Positions 40,802 to 49,614 of a stretch of DNA of 64,000 bases are shown in pieces. This DNA is from Candidatus Hydrogenedentota bacterium. GTDB taxonomy: Bacteria > Hydrogenedentota > Hydrogenedentia > Hydrogenedentales > SLHB01. Position 1 is the first letter of the stretch; the number at the start of each line of letters is the position of its first letter. Location: contig CAXXTH010000018.1 of NCBI GenBank assembly GCA_963668025.2, positions 448,001 to 512,000 of the forward strand. Direction: 5' to 3'. The notes beneath the pieces were generated by a model. The model was not told where the DNA came from, searched no databases, and saw nothing but the letters and a program-made list of their open reading frames with translations. The translations under genes were made by a program, and so were the position numbers.

Positions 40802-40981
40802 GATTAAGTGCAACGCTTCATTTGCTCCGTTCTATCTCCGTTTTTAGCGAGTTCAGGGAATATGCTACCATATGCCATGCTCTGTCTCGGAAACGAGGTG
40901 GAAGAAGTGGCTTGCAGGCCGTTTGATCTGCACAATGCATGCGGGCCTGCAAGCCGTATTGAGATGGGCCGTGGTAAAGAT

Positions 40982-42053
40982 CTAGCCCTGGCCGGCCATA
41001 TCACCCATGGCCCATCCCAAATCCTTCGCGCGAGCTTCTATTGCGGTATCATCTTTTGACCCCAGGGGGAATTTCGACATGTACCGAACGAATTCCACAT
41101 GCCCATCCATATAGAGCACGTTGCTGCCCCCGGGAACATGGTTATATAAAAGAACGCCATTTTCCTTATAATATTCCGTTAATGATCCAGCCGAACCATA
41201 AGCGTCAAACATCACCACCAATGTACTTTCCGCGGCGCTTCCAGAAGCGGGATTATTGATATCGGTGATATAGAACCGGGAAATGCCTTCCTTCATGCGG
41301 GGATAGGTCGTCGGAAGGGCTGTCACGCCATCATCGTCCATATAGCTGTTATATCCGCCGCTGTAGCGCGTATTACAAGGCGATGAAGGCATGTCTTTGA
41401 CGCCCACTTCATCTGGAATGTACATAATGCCAACAGTGCTGCCATCGGTACGCCAATCATCGCAGGCGCCATCCATATTGCCTGGGCCATAATCCGTGAA
41501 CGATACTTTGCTCACACCCCACGAACCGGTACGTAACCCATACCCCCCAGGCGAACAGGCACTCGCCCGCCCAGCGCAATTGGGCATGCGTGCGGAAGGC
41601 ATACGCCAGATAGGCGTATGAATTCGGCGCGGATAAAGCGGTGTACAGGCAGGGCTTAGCTATCGCGCCTTTGGCGAGGGCCTTCGCAATCGTAGTTTCT
41701 GCATCAGCAGGAGCCCAATATTGGCCGCGATCACCGGTCACGGTCTTGGGATCCGAGGGGCAATTCTTGATGGCGGTGTCATTCCAATAATCGGGATACA
41801 AGGCCTCCGCCGAGAAGTTCAGCGGGAAATACTGGGCGAACATGGCATACGGCGAGCCGGGGGGGTAATTCCCCTTGTTTTCGCCGCTATACATTTTACA
41901 GATGACGCCCCATTGCTTAAGATTGCTCGAACAGCTTGCCCGCCTCGCCGCTTCGCGCGCCCTCGCCAGCGCGGGAAGCAGGATGGCTGCTAGAATGGCG
42001 ATAATCGCAATGACCACTAGCAGCTCAATTAGCGTAAATCCTTTCTTGTTCAT
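40982..42053 (-). CDS. DUF1559 prepilin-type protein, split by a +1 frameshift at the C6 run 41543-41548
   Basis: [22 protein letters not shown] in one frame and [32 protein letters not shown] in the next. Removing one base gives [12 protein letters not shown]. Confidence 0.88.
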
Positions 42054-42118
42054 ATCAGCATGTCTCCAATTGGTTTATACACCCTATCGTAAACGCATAT
42101 ATGTAGTGCAAAACGTGT

Positions 42119-43288
42119 TTATCCCGCCGCGCGTGCTTGTTGCACGGGAAACGCATCCCCCCCGCCAGCCACCTCCCTTCTCTCACTGCCCAAGGCATAT
42201 CCATTCGGATGCAGTTCCAAGGTTTTCACTTCACCCGGTGCGATAAAAACACTTTTGGCCGGAAGTTGGGCATTTGATATGCGCTCAAGCAGCAATTCCG
42301 CCGAACGGAGCCCGATTTCAACACCTTGCTGGGACAGCGCGATGGCTTGGAGCGGTTCGGTATCTGAAAAACAGCCATCGTCCACGGTGGCGAGCGCCAC
42401 ATCTTCTGGCAAGCGATAATTCAAGGCGCGCAGCTCCCGCGCCATCTTTCCCGCGATGATATCGTTGATGCACATGAACGCCGTAGGAGAGCGCCGGAGG
42501 GCCATCACGGAATTAATGGACGCCCGGCGAATGTGTTCGGAGCCTTCCATGGATACCCGCCAGCGTGGGTCAATCTCAAGGCCTGCTTCGGCCAGGGCCT
42601 GTTCATAGCCCGCGATGCGGTTGAACTGGCTTGTCGCCAAGTCGGATTCCGATATCGCAATGCCAATGCGCTCATGGCCTTGGCGAATCAGGGATTCCGT
42701 CAATTCGCGCCCTATCCGCAGATTGTCCGAAACGACAAAATCCAGGCCAACATCGGAAAAATAACGGTCGGCCATGACGACGGGAACGCCCCATTCGCGC
42801 AGCCGCAACATGGCGTTCCGCACGTTTTCCGTCTCGTTTCCCAGCCAGATCAGAAGCCCCGCTATGCCGCTCTCCGGCACGCTATCGAGAAAGCGCACCT
42901 CGGCGTCTTCGTCCAGCACTAAATTATAATTCGTAACGCCATAGCCCGCCTCGAACAGGCATCCCATGAAGCCCTCGAGCACTTCACGGATGTACCGGGA
43001 GGAATACGTCGGAAACGCCGCCATTATCGTGCGAGGCGCTTCCGCGATGGGGCTTCGCGCCACGCCCGGATTCGGCGCGACATAGGAACCGCTGCCTTGC
43101 CGGCGCACGAGGAATCCTTCGATCTCGAGTTCGCGCAACGCCTGGCGGGTTTGGCCGCGGCCTACGGACAATTGCTCGACCAATTCATATTCGGAGGGCA
43201 CCCGGTCGCCCGCAGAAAGCTTGCCCGTAAGGATTTGCTCCTTGACGAACTGCTTGACTTCCTCATATTTGGAATGCCGTTGCGCCAT
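42119..43288 (-). CDS. GntR wHTH + LacI-type sugar-binding regulator
   Basis: KYEEVK..GDRVPSEYEL..TRQALRELE.EG..RRQGSGSYV; PTAFMCIND; LPEDVALATVDD. Confidence 0.92.
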   Translation of the reverse strand: MAQRHSKYEEVKQFVKEQILTGKLSAGDRVPSEYELVEQLSVGRGQTRQALRELEIEGFLVRRQGSGSYVAPNPGVARSPIAEAPRTIMAAFPTYSSRYIREVLEGFMGCLFEAGYGVTNYNLVLDEDAEVRFLDSVPESGIAGLLIWLGNETENVRNAMLRLREWGVPVVMADRYFSDVGLDFVVSDNLRIGRELTESLIRQGHERIGIAISESDLATSQFNRIAGYEQALAEAGLEIDPRWRVSMEGSEHIRRASINSVMALRRSPTAFMCINDIIAGKMARELRALNYRLPEDVALATVDDGCFSDTEPLQAIALSQQGVEIGLRSAELLLERISNAQLPAKSVFIAPGEVKTLELHPNGYALGSERREVAGGGDAFPVQQARAAG

Positions 43289-43367
43289 TGAAGTTCCTCG
43301 AATCAGACCGTTGAATATAGAGATGGATTTGCCAATGCCAGGGAGAGTGTTTGAATACAGCCGGAGG

Positions 43368-43439
43368 AATTGGCATACAAGTTGATTTAACTTTATCTAT
43401 CTGTAAGCAATCATACCAAATTGGCCTCCAAGTTGTCAA
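43368..43439 (-). promoter_or_regulatory. Promoter TTGACA-18-TATGAT (extended -10 TGn) with two operator-like repeats
   Basis: AATTGGCATACAAGTTG (43368-43384) and AATTGGCCTCCAAGTTG (43419-43435); the second lies in the promoter spacer. Confidence 0.7.
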
Positions 43440-43654
43440 CAAGATAATGTAGTGGGGCAACTCGGAGTGCCTACAAGAAAGCAAGATGCATGTAAAGTAT
43501 TGTATAATAATGAATTAACTAACTTGGTGCCATGTGAGGATTTGGCTGGATATATACAAGACTGGGTTGCTGGGTTTTCAGTTGCTGGAAAGAAAAATGA
43601 GGAAAATAGAGGATTGAGCCGCATCAAGGCGGTAGGCGATGGAAAGATCAGCGT

Positions 43655-44578
43655 TTATGATTTGGAAGGAATGTGGGAAGGTGTTTCATTTCCTTGGCTG
43701 GCCGCCACAAACAAGACGCATTGGCCGGCCTCTTTTTCGAGCTGGCTCACCAGCAGGGGGAAATCATCCGTTGAAATGCCCAGCCTGTTCCAGGTGAGTT
43801 CGGAGCATTTCAAGGAGTGGTCTTCGATGGCAAGCCCCATCCCCATTCCTAAGCTCATAAAATCGGCCAGATGAATGAGGCTCACGAAATCGCGGGCGTT
43901 TTCTGGGGCGGAGCTGGGGTGGTGGTGCCATTGGATTGCTTGCGCCAAGTGTTCTGGGAGGTTCCATTGCCGCAGTAAAATGGCTCCGGCGGCTCCATGG
44001 TCCATGCCTAATACTTCCATCTCGATGTCTGGCTGCGGCGCGCCATGAAGCGAGGTGAGATGATGTACGTGATTCATTTGGATGGGAAAGTATTCCTCCA
44101 GCGCCAGAAGCCCCACATCGTGGAGCAGCCCCGCCGTATAGGCTTCATCCACGCATAGCCGTTCCGGCTGGGCGGCATGCGGGGCGAGGATGCGCGCGGC
44201 CATGGCCGCGAGCAAGGAATGCCGCCAGAAATCATGGTGATCGAGGTGTTTGCCTAGTGAATGAAATGCGGCCATCGTCCCAGCGTCCCGCACCACGCGC
44301 GCCGTTTCCTGGAAGCCCAGGCGGATGACCGCTTGGGTGACGGATGCGATTCTTCCGGCCCGCTGGCCGTGATACGCCGAATTCGCCAAGCGCAATATGG
44401 CTCCCGCAAGGCCCGGATCGCTCTCGATCACTTTCGCCACGTCGGCGGGCCCGGCGGAAGCGTCTTGAAACAGCGGCTGTACCGCCAAAACCGCGGGCGA
44501 CAAAGCGGGCAGGCGCTCGATGGAGTTGAGGCGCGCCTCTATTTCTTCTTTGAAAGCAGCCATATATCCTCTGTCCAA
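43655..44578 (-). CDS. HDOD domain protein
   Basis: LPALSP, IESDPGLAGAILRLANSA, FWRHSL, AGLLHDVG, DHGAAG..W.LP..I.WHH.P. Confidence 0.92.
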   Translation of the reverse strand: MDRGYMAAFKEEIEARLNSIERLPALSPAVLAVQPLFQDASAGPADVAKVIESDPGLAGAILRLANSAYHGQRAGRIASVTQAVIRLGFQETARVVRDAGTMAAFHSLGKHLDHHDFWRHSLLAAMAARILAPHAAQPERLCVDEAYTAGLLHDVGLLALEEYFPIQMNHVHHLTSLHGAPQPDIEMEVLGMDHGAAGAILLRQWNLPEHLAQAIQWHHHPSSAPENARDFVSLIHLADFMSLGMGMGLAIEDHSLKCSELTWNRLGISTDDFPLLVSQLEKEAGQCVLFVAASQGNETPSHIPSKS

Positions 44579-44593
44579 TGAACCGGGTGCGAA

Positions 44594-44974
44594 TTAGAAT
44601 GATGCCTGCCCTAAACTCTCCACGATACGCATGGCGAGTTCCTCGGGCGAAAACGGCTTGGTGACATAATTGGAGGCCCCGGTCTTGATTGCTTGAATCA
44701 TATGGACGCGTTCGCTTTCAGTCGTTACCATTATTACGGGGATGTGCTTATACCGCTCATCGCTTTTCAGTATTTTTAATAATTCGAAGCCATTCATCAC
44801 GGGCATATTGACATCCAGCAAGATCAAGGACAGGTCTTGATACTGCTCCGAAACCACATCGAGTCCTTGCTGTCCGTTGCAAGCCTCGACGCATTCGTAG
44901 CTCAGGGTTTCCGCCGCGCCACGTATGATTTTGCGCATCACCATGGAATCATCTACGGATAATATCTTGCCCAT
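44594..44974 (-). CDS. cheY: CheY-like single-domain response regulator
   Basis: VDDS, LLDVNMP, MVTTE, YVTKPF; in the che operon. Confidence 0.88.
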   Translation of the reverse strand: MGKILSVDDSMVMRKIIRGAAETLSYECVEACNGQQGLDVVSEQYQDLSLILLDVNMPVMNGFELLKILKSDERYKHIPVIMVTTESERVHMIQAIKTGASNYVTKPFSPEELAMRIVESLGQASF

Positions 44975-44988
44975 TGTGCGGCCTCCTT

Positions 44989-45861
44989 TTATGACAGATG
45001 AGAGATGTGCTGGTAGTAGCGCCCGCCGTTATACTCCAGCGATTTGAATTGGCTGCATAATCCCATCAATGATTCGCTGGCGCCCAAAAACAAGCAGCCC
45101 GACGGAGCCAGCGCGCTGGCGAGGTTATGGAAAATCATCCGTTTTAACGCTTCGGAAAAATAGATGCATACGTATCGTAGAAAACAAAGGTCAAAGCCGC
45201 CCAGCGCCGATATGGAGTCTTGGAGGTTGAATTTTTTGAATGTGACCATCCGGCGTATGGCGGGATCAAGCTCCCACACCCGGCCATTGGCTTTAAAGTA
45301 GCGGTTCCGGTAGGAATCGGGAAGGCCGCGATTCATCGAGAGCTGGTCGTACCGGGCCGCGCTGGCCAAGAATAACGCCGAGGGGGAAATGTCCGTCGCG
45401 AGAATCTCGAAGAAGTGGGGCGTGACAGCGGGCCGGATGCCTTGCGCGGCTTGCTGTTCACAAAATTCATGGATCGTCATCGCGATCGAGTACGGTTCCT
45501 GGCCCGTGGAGCACGCCGCCGACCATATCCGGATGCGGCCCCGGCGTCCGGCGCGCAGGTCCGCGGCGAAAGCGGGCAGCAATTGTTCGCGCAATATGGT
45601 ATATGGATGGGCATCCCGGAACCAGAGTGTTTCATTCGTGGTCATCGCGTCGATGATTTTTTCCCGAAGGGTGTCTTCGCGCTGTTCGGCGGCCATCCGG
45701 TAGAAAGCCCCGAATGTTTCGCAGCCGTTCTCGATCATGAGCTTCAGCAGGCGGGTCTCGATGAGATAGGCCTTTTCATCACCTAGCGAAATGCCGCAAT
45801 GTTTTTCGATATAGCCGCGCAGCAGCTTGAATTCATCGGTGGTTATGGCTGCATTTGGCAT
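44989..45861 (-). CDS. cheR: Chemoreceptor methyltransferase
   Basis: TTNETLWFRD, IWSAACSTGQEPYSIAM, ATDIS, GASESL. Confidence 0.95.
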   Translation of the reverse strand: MPNAAITTDEFKLLRGYIEKHCGISLGDEKAYLIETRLLKLMIENGCETFGAFYRMAAEQREDTLREKIIDAMTTNETLWFRDAHPYTILREQLLPAFAADLRAGRRGRIRIWSAACSTGQEPYSIAMTIHEFCEQQAAQGIRPAVTPHFFEILATDISPSALFLASAARYDQLSMNRGLPDSYRNRYFKANGRVWELDPAIRRMVTFKKFNLQDSISALGGFDLCFLRYVCIYFSEALKRMIFHNLASALAPSGCLFLGASESLMGLCSQFKSLEYNGGRYYQHISHLS

Positions 45862-45878
45862 AGCGCCCCCAGATTTCC

Positions 45879-47045
45879 CTATGTCCGCGCATGTGTTCGA
45901 GAGTTTCGAGTGATTTCATCTATGCGAAGTGCGATCTTCTTGAGCGGGATGCTTTCGTCTGATAAACCGGCTTCATCGACGGCTTGAGGCATGCCGTATA
46001 CGACGCAGGTGGCTTCGCTTTGGGTAATGCAATAGCATCCTTTGCGCTTCAATGCGCGGACGCCTTCACATCCGTCGGAGCCCATTCCCGTCATGATGAC
46101 GGCAAGCACATTGCCCGCATAATACGTGGCGATGGAATGAAATAAAACATCCACCGATGGGCGGCAGCTATGTACGGGCGGGCTGTCGCTGAGCCCCGCC
46201 ATTAATTGGGCGGGGTTATCCGTGGCGCTCAAGCTGCGGCGGACCACCAAATGGCGGCCGCCGGGGGCCACATAGACAGTATTAGGCTCTAGGCGTTGAT
46301 TGTCGCGCGCCTCGCATACCGCCAGCTTGCTCTTTTTATTAAGAGCGTCCGCCAAGGTCAAAGTGAATAGCGGGGGCATGTGCTGCACGAGCAGGATCGG
46401 CACGCCGAGGTCTCCTGGAAGCAGTGGCAGCACTTCGCACAGCGCATTAGGCCCGCCCGTTGAGACTCCAATAGCAATGACATCCACACGAGGAGGAGTT
46501 CTTGCGCCAGCACGGAGCGTGGGGGGCTTCGTGGCATGCCTAAGCGTTTCCGGCGCCGGTGTTTTGGCGTACGGGATCGCCTGGCCGCCCAAGGACCGCA
46601 ATCGGCGCCGGACCGTCAGAATGCGAATGCAGGAGCGGAGGTGGTTGCCGAGCAGAATGACGTTTTCCTCCGTGCTTGCGCCTTCCGGTTTGCGAATAAA
46701 ATCGAGCGCGCCCCGTTCAAGCGCCTGCACGGTCGAGCGCGCCGCGGCTTTGCTCACGCCGCTGACCATGATAACGCCTGTTTCCGGGTATCGCTTCCGA
46801 ATAATTTCCAGTGTTTCCAAGCCGCCCATTTCGGGCATTTCCACATCCAGCAGAACCAAGTCAATGGCTTGCCCGGCGCTGGCCGCCTGCTCCATGCGTG
46901 CGAGCGCTAGTTTGCCATTAGGCGCGGTTCCCGCCACCTGCACGCCTGGAATAGTATGGATAACATCGGCCAGGATTTTTCGATACACCACCGTATCATC
47001 TACGATGAGCGCGCGAAGGATGGCGTTGTCTTCCCGGGCATCCAT
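45879..47045 (-). CDS. cheB: Chemoreceptor methylesterase (REC + CheB domains)
   Basis: LLDVEMP; IGVSTGGP, QHMP, RPSVD, MTGMGSDG, VVYGMP. Confidence 0.95.
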   Translation of the reverse strand: MDAREDNAILRALIVDDTVVYRKILADVIHTIPGVQVAGTAPNGKLALARMEQAASAGQAIDLVLLDVEMPEMGGLETLEIIRKRYPETGVIMVSGVSKAAARSTVQALERGALDFIRKPEGASTEENVILLGNHLRSCIRILTVRRRLRSLGGQAIPYAKTPAPETLRHATKPPTLRAGARTPPRVDVIAIGVSTGGPNALCEVLPLLPGDLGVPILLVQHMPPLFTLTLADALNKKSKLAVCEARDNQRLEPNTVYVAPGGRHLVVRRSLSATDNPAQLMAGLSDSPPVHSCRPSVDVLFHSIATYYAGNVLAVIMTGMGSDGCEGVRALKRKGCYCITQSEATCVVYGMPQAVDEAGLSDESIPLKKIALRIDEITRNSRTHART

Positions 47046-47072
47046 GTTCAGGGGTAATCCTTGCTTTGCCGC

Positions 47073-49037
47073 CTATATGGAAAAACGCTGGACGAGCGCA
47101 TTGAGGCGTCCCGCCAATTCCCCAAGCTGCAAGGCGGATTGATGGAACTGTTCAGCGCCATCCGCGGATGATTGGGCGGTCTGGCTGGCGGCCACAATAT
47201 CTTCCGCCACTTTTCCTATTCCTATCGCGGCTTCCGCCGAATTCTCCGCCATGGAGGAGCTTCTCGTGGCCAAATCGCCCACCGAATGCGAGATATCATT
47301 CACGGCTCTCACGGCTTCCTGTACGTTCTTTGAGATTTCGGAAGCCCCATTGGCGGCTTCCTGTACATTTTTCGAAACCTCGTTTGAACCGCGCGCCGCA
47401 CTGGCGACGTTCTTTGCGATTTCGTTCGTCGTGGAAGTTTGCTCCTCGACCGCAGCGGCGATGGTGCCCGAAATGGAGTTGATCTCGTTGATGATGCTTA
47501 CGATGTCCGCGATGGCTTTAACCGCTTCTTGCGTGCTCACTTGGATGTCGCTGACTTGCCCGCGGATGTCTTCCGTGGCGGATGCAGTTTGTTTCGCAAG
47601 TTCTTTGACTTCATTGGCCACCACGGCGAAACCCCGGCCCGCATCGCCAGCCGAAGCGGCTTCGATAGTGGCGTTCAGCGCCAGCAGGTTGGTTTGTGCG
47701 GCGATGCCACGGATCATATCGACCACTTTGCCAATGGAATTGGCGGATGTGCCCAGCCGATCCACAATCCCGGCCGTGCTGTTTGCCGCACTGGCCGCTT
47801 TATTCGCCACTAGCGCCGCCTGGCTCGAATTCTTGGCCACTTCATTCAAGGACGCCGACATTTCTTCAATAGAGGTCGCCACCGTGTTGACCGATGAAGT
47901 CATTTCTTCTGAAGCGGCGGCTATAGTGGACATGTTCGCGGACATTTGCTCGACGGCTGCGCCCACCGTATTCAAATTCGAGGACATTTCCTCGGCGGAA
48001 GCAGCAATGGTGCTGGTTTGGGCGCTGTTTTCCTCAATGGCGGTGGCCAGGAACTGCACGTTTTTAGCGGATTGGTCTGTTACGGCGGCGGAGTGAACGG
48101 TCCGCTCCTTGAAAGCGCCCACATTCTCCGACATGGCTTGTGCATTGCTTCCCAAGGAAGAAGATGACTCCGAGAGCTGTCCTGCGTTTACTTGGATTTC
48201 ACTCAGAACCGCCACTATTTGCTCGATGGTTTGATTCAAGACTTGAGAGATTTCTTGATACATTTTAAGTAAATCGCCCATGCCTTCTTCTACCGTATCG
48301 GAAACGATGTAACGATCCGTCCAGTCCCCTTTTGCCATACTCTGCAAGACGGAGAAAAATTCCGAAATCCGCGCCCGCCGGTAGGCTAATGCCCGCACCT
48401 GGAAATCCTTCTCACGCTCCTGCTCCGTGATGTCTTGGACTAACTCAATATGGCCCATACGGTTGCCGTGTAAATCGTTGAGATAAGCCACATCCACTTT
48501 AAAGTGCTTATCAAGCCCAGGCTGTACAAATTGGGAGGCAGGCGTGCCGTTCTCGAGCATGCGGATCCCGCAACGATTGGTGTTGCAGATGTCGGCTCCC
48601 CAATTGCAGCATTGCTGGCCCAGCACATCCTGCCTCGTTTTGCCCGTAATATCGCATGCAGCCTTGTTAATGAATGCCCATCGCATCTCCATGTCCGTCA
48701 CGGAGATGGGAAATGGAATGGAATCCAGCATGGATTCATACCAATACATCCGCTCGGAAGCGGCGTCAAGCAGGCCGTTGATTTGGCCTAGTATTTCAGC
48801 GGATTGGGAATCATATCCGTCCATCTCGGCGCGGGCGCCAAAATCGCCTTTCCGCACCGATTGGAGCAAGCGTTCAATTTCTTGGAGAGATGTCTTTTTG
48901 GCTTGCTTCTTAGCGGTATTGGCCGCAGCCGCTTTCTTGGCGGTTGTAGCATCCGCTTTTTTTGCCGCTGGCTTCTTTTCATTTGCCTGGAGCGGTTTGG
49001 CCTGTTTACCCGAGGTAGATTTGGACGCCATGATCAT
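47073..49037 (-). CDS. Soluble methyl-accepting chemotaxis protein with PAS domain
   Basis: No TM segment. PAS motif [17 protein letters not shown]; hairpin tip [37 protein letters not shown]. Confidence 0.93.
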   Translation of the reverse strand: MIMASKSTSGKQAKPLQANEKKPAAKKADATTAKKAAAANTAKKQAKKTSLQEIERLLQSVRKGDFGARAEMDGYDSQSAEILGQINGLLDAASERMYWYESMLDSIPFPISVTDMEMRWAFINKAACDITGKTRQDVLGQQCCNWGADICNTNRCGIRMLENGTPASQFVQPGLDKHFKVDVAYLNDLHGNRMGHIELVQDITEQEREKDFQVRALAYRRARISEFFSVLQSMAKGDWTDRYIVSDTVEEGMGDLLKMYQEISQVLNQTIEQIVAVLSEIQVNAGQLSESSSSLGSNAQAMSENVGAFKERTVHSAAVTDQSAKNVQFLATAIEENSAQTSTIAASAEEMSSNLNTVGAAVEQMSANMSTIAAASEEMTSSVNTVATSIEEMSASLNEVAKNSSQAALVANKAASAANSTAGIVDRLGTSANSIGKVVDMIRGIAAQTNLLALNATIEAASAGDAGRGFAVVANEVKELAKQTASATEDIRGQVSDIQVSTQEAVKAIADIVSIINEINSISGTIAAAVEEQTSTTNEIAKNVASAARGSNEVSKNVQEAANGASEISKNVQEAVRAVNDISHSVGDLATRSSSMAENSAEAAIGIGKVAEDIVAASQTAQSSADGAEQFHQSALQLGELAGRLNALVQRFSI

Positions 49038-49137
49038 TCTCCTTGCTCGTATGCGCCATTGCTATATGCTTGGGCCGCTATCTATTTGTTTTAACGTAGC
49101 TACATGCGTTTTCGAGGATACTCCTTTGATACTCGTA

Positions 49138-49614
49138 TCACGCATCCACGCGCAGCAATTCTTGCGTGTTCAATAGAACCATCAATTCATTTTCCAGTTT
49201 CAAAACGCCTTCCACAAAACGCCCCTCGAGTTCGCCCATGTTGGCCGGCGGGGGAGCCATCTGGCTTTCCTGCCCCTCCACTACGTCGCCAATGCCATCG
49301 ACGAGCAAGCCAATCATGTCGGGGCTTGTCTGCAAATGCCCCGCGTCGACAAGCGTGCGGATGGCGGCGAGTTCGGCGTTCGTTTTTAGAATTACATTAT
49401 GGCTGTCTGGGCCAATATTGCGTGGAGATAAGCCCACGCGTGCGCCCAGGTCCAGGATGGTCACAATCTGGCCCCGCAAATTGATGAGGCCGCGCACAAA
49501 TGGAGGCGCCAGCGGCACCGGCGTGATATCCAGCACCTGGTTGATTTCCTTGACTTGCAGGATATCCATGCCAAACAAGCTTTGGTCCAGATTGAAAGTG
49601 GCGTATTGCCTCAT
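49138..49614 (-). CDS. cheW: Chemotaxis coupling protein
   Basis: FGMDILQVKEI, ITPVP..VRGLINLRGQIVT. Confidence 0.95.
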   Translation of the reverse strand: MRQYATFNLDQSLFGMDILQVKEINQVLDITPVPLAPPFVRGLINLRGQIVTILDLGARVGLSPRNIGPDSHNVILKTNAELAAIRTLVDAGHLQTSPDMIGLLVDGIGDVVEGQESQMAPPPANMGELEGRFVEGVLKLENELMVLLNTQELLRVDA

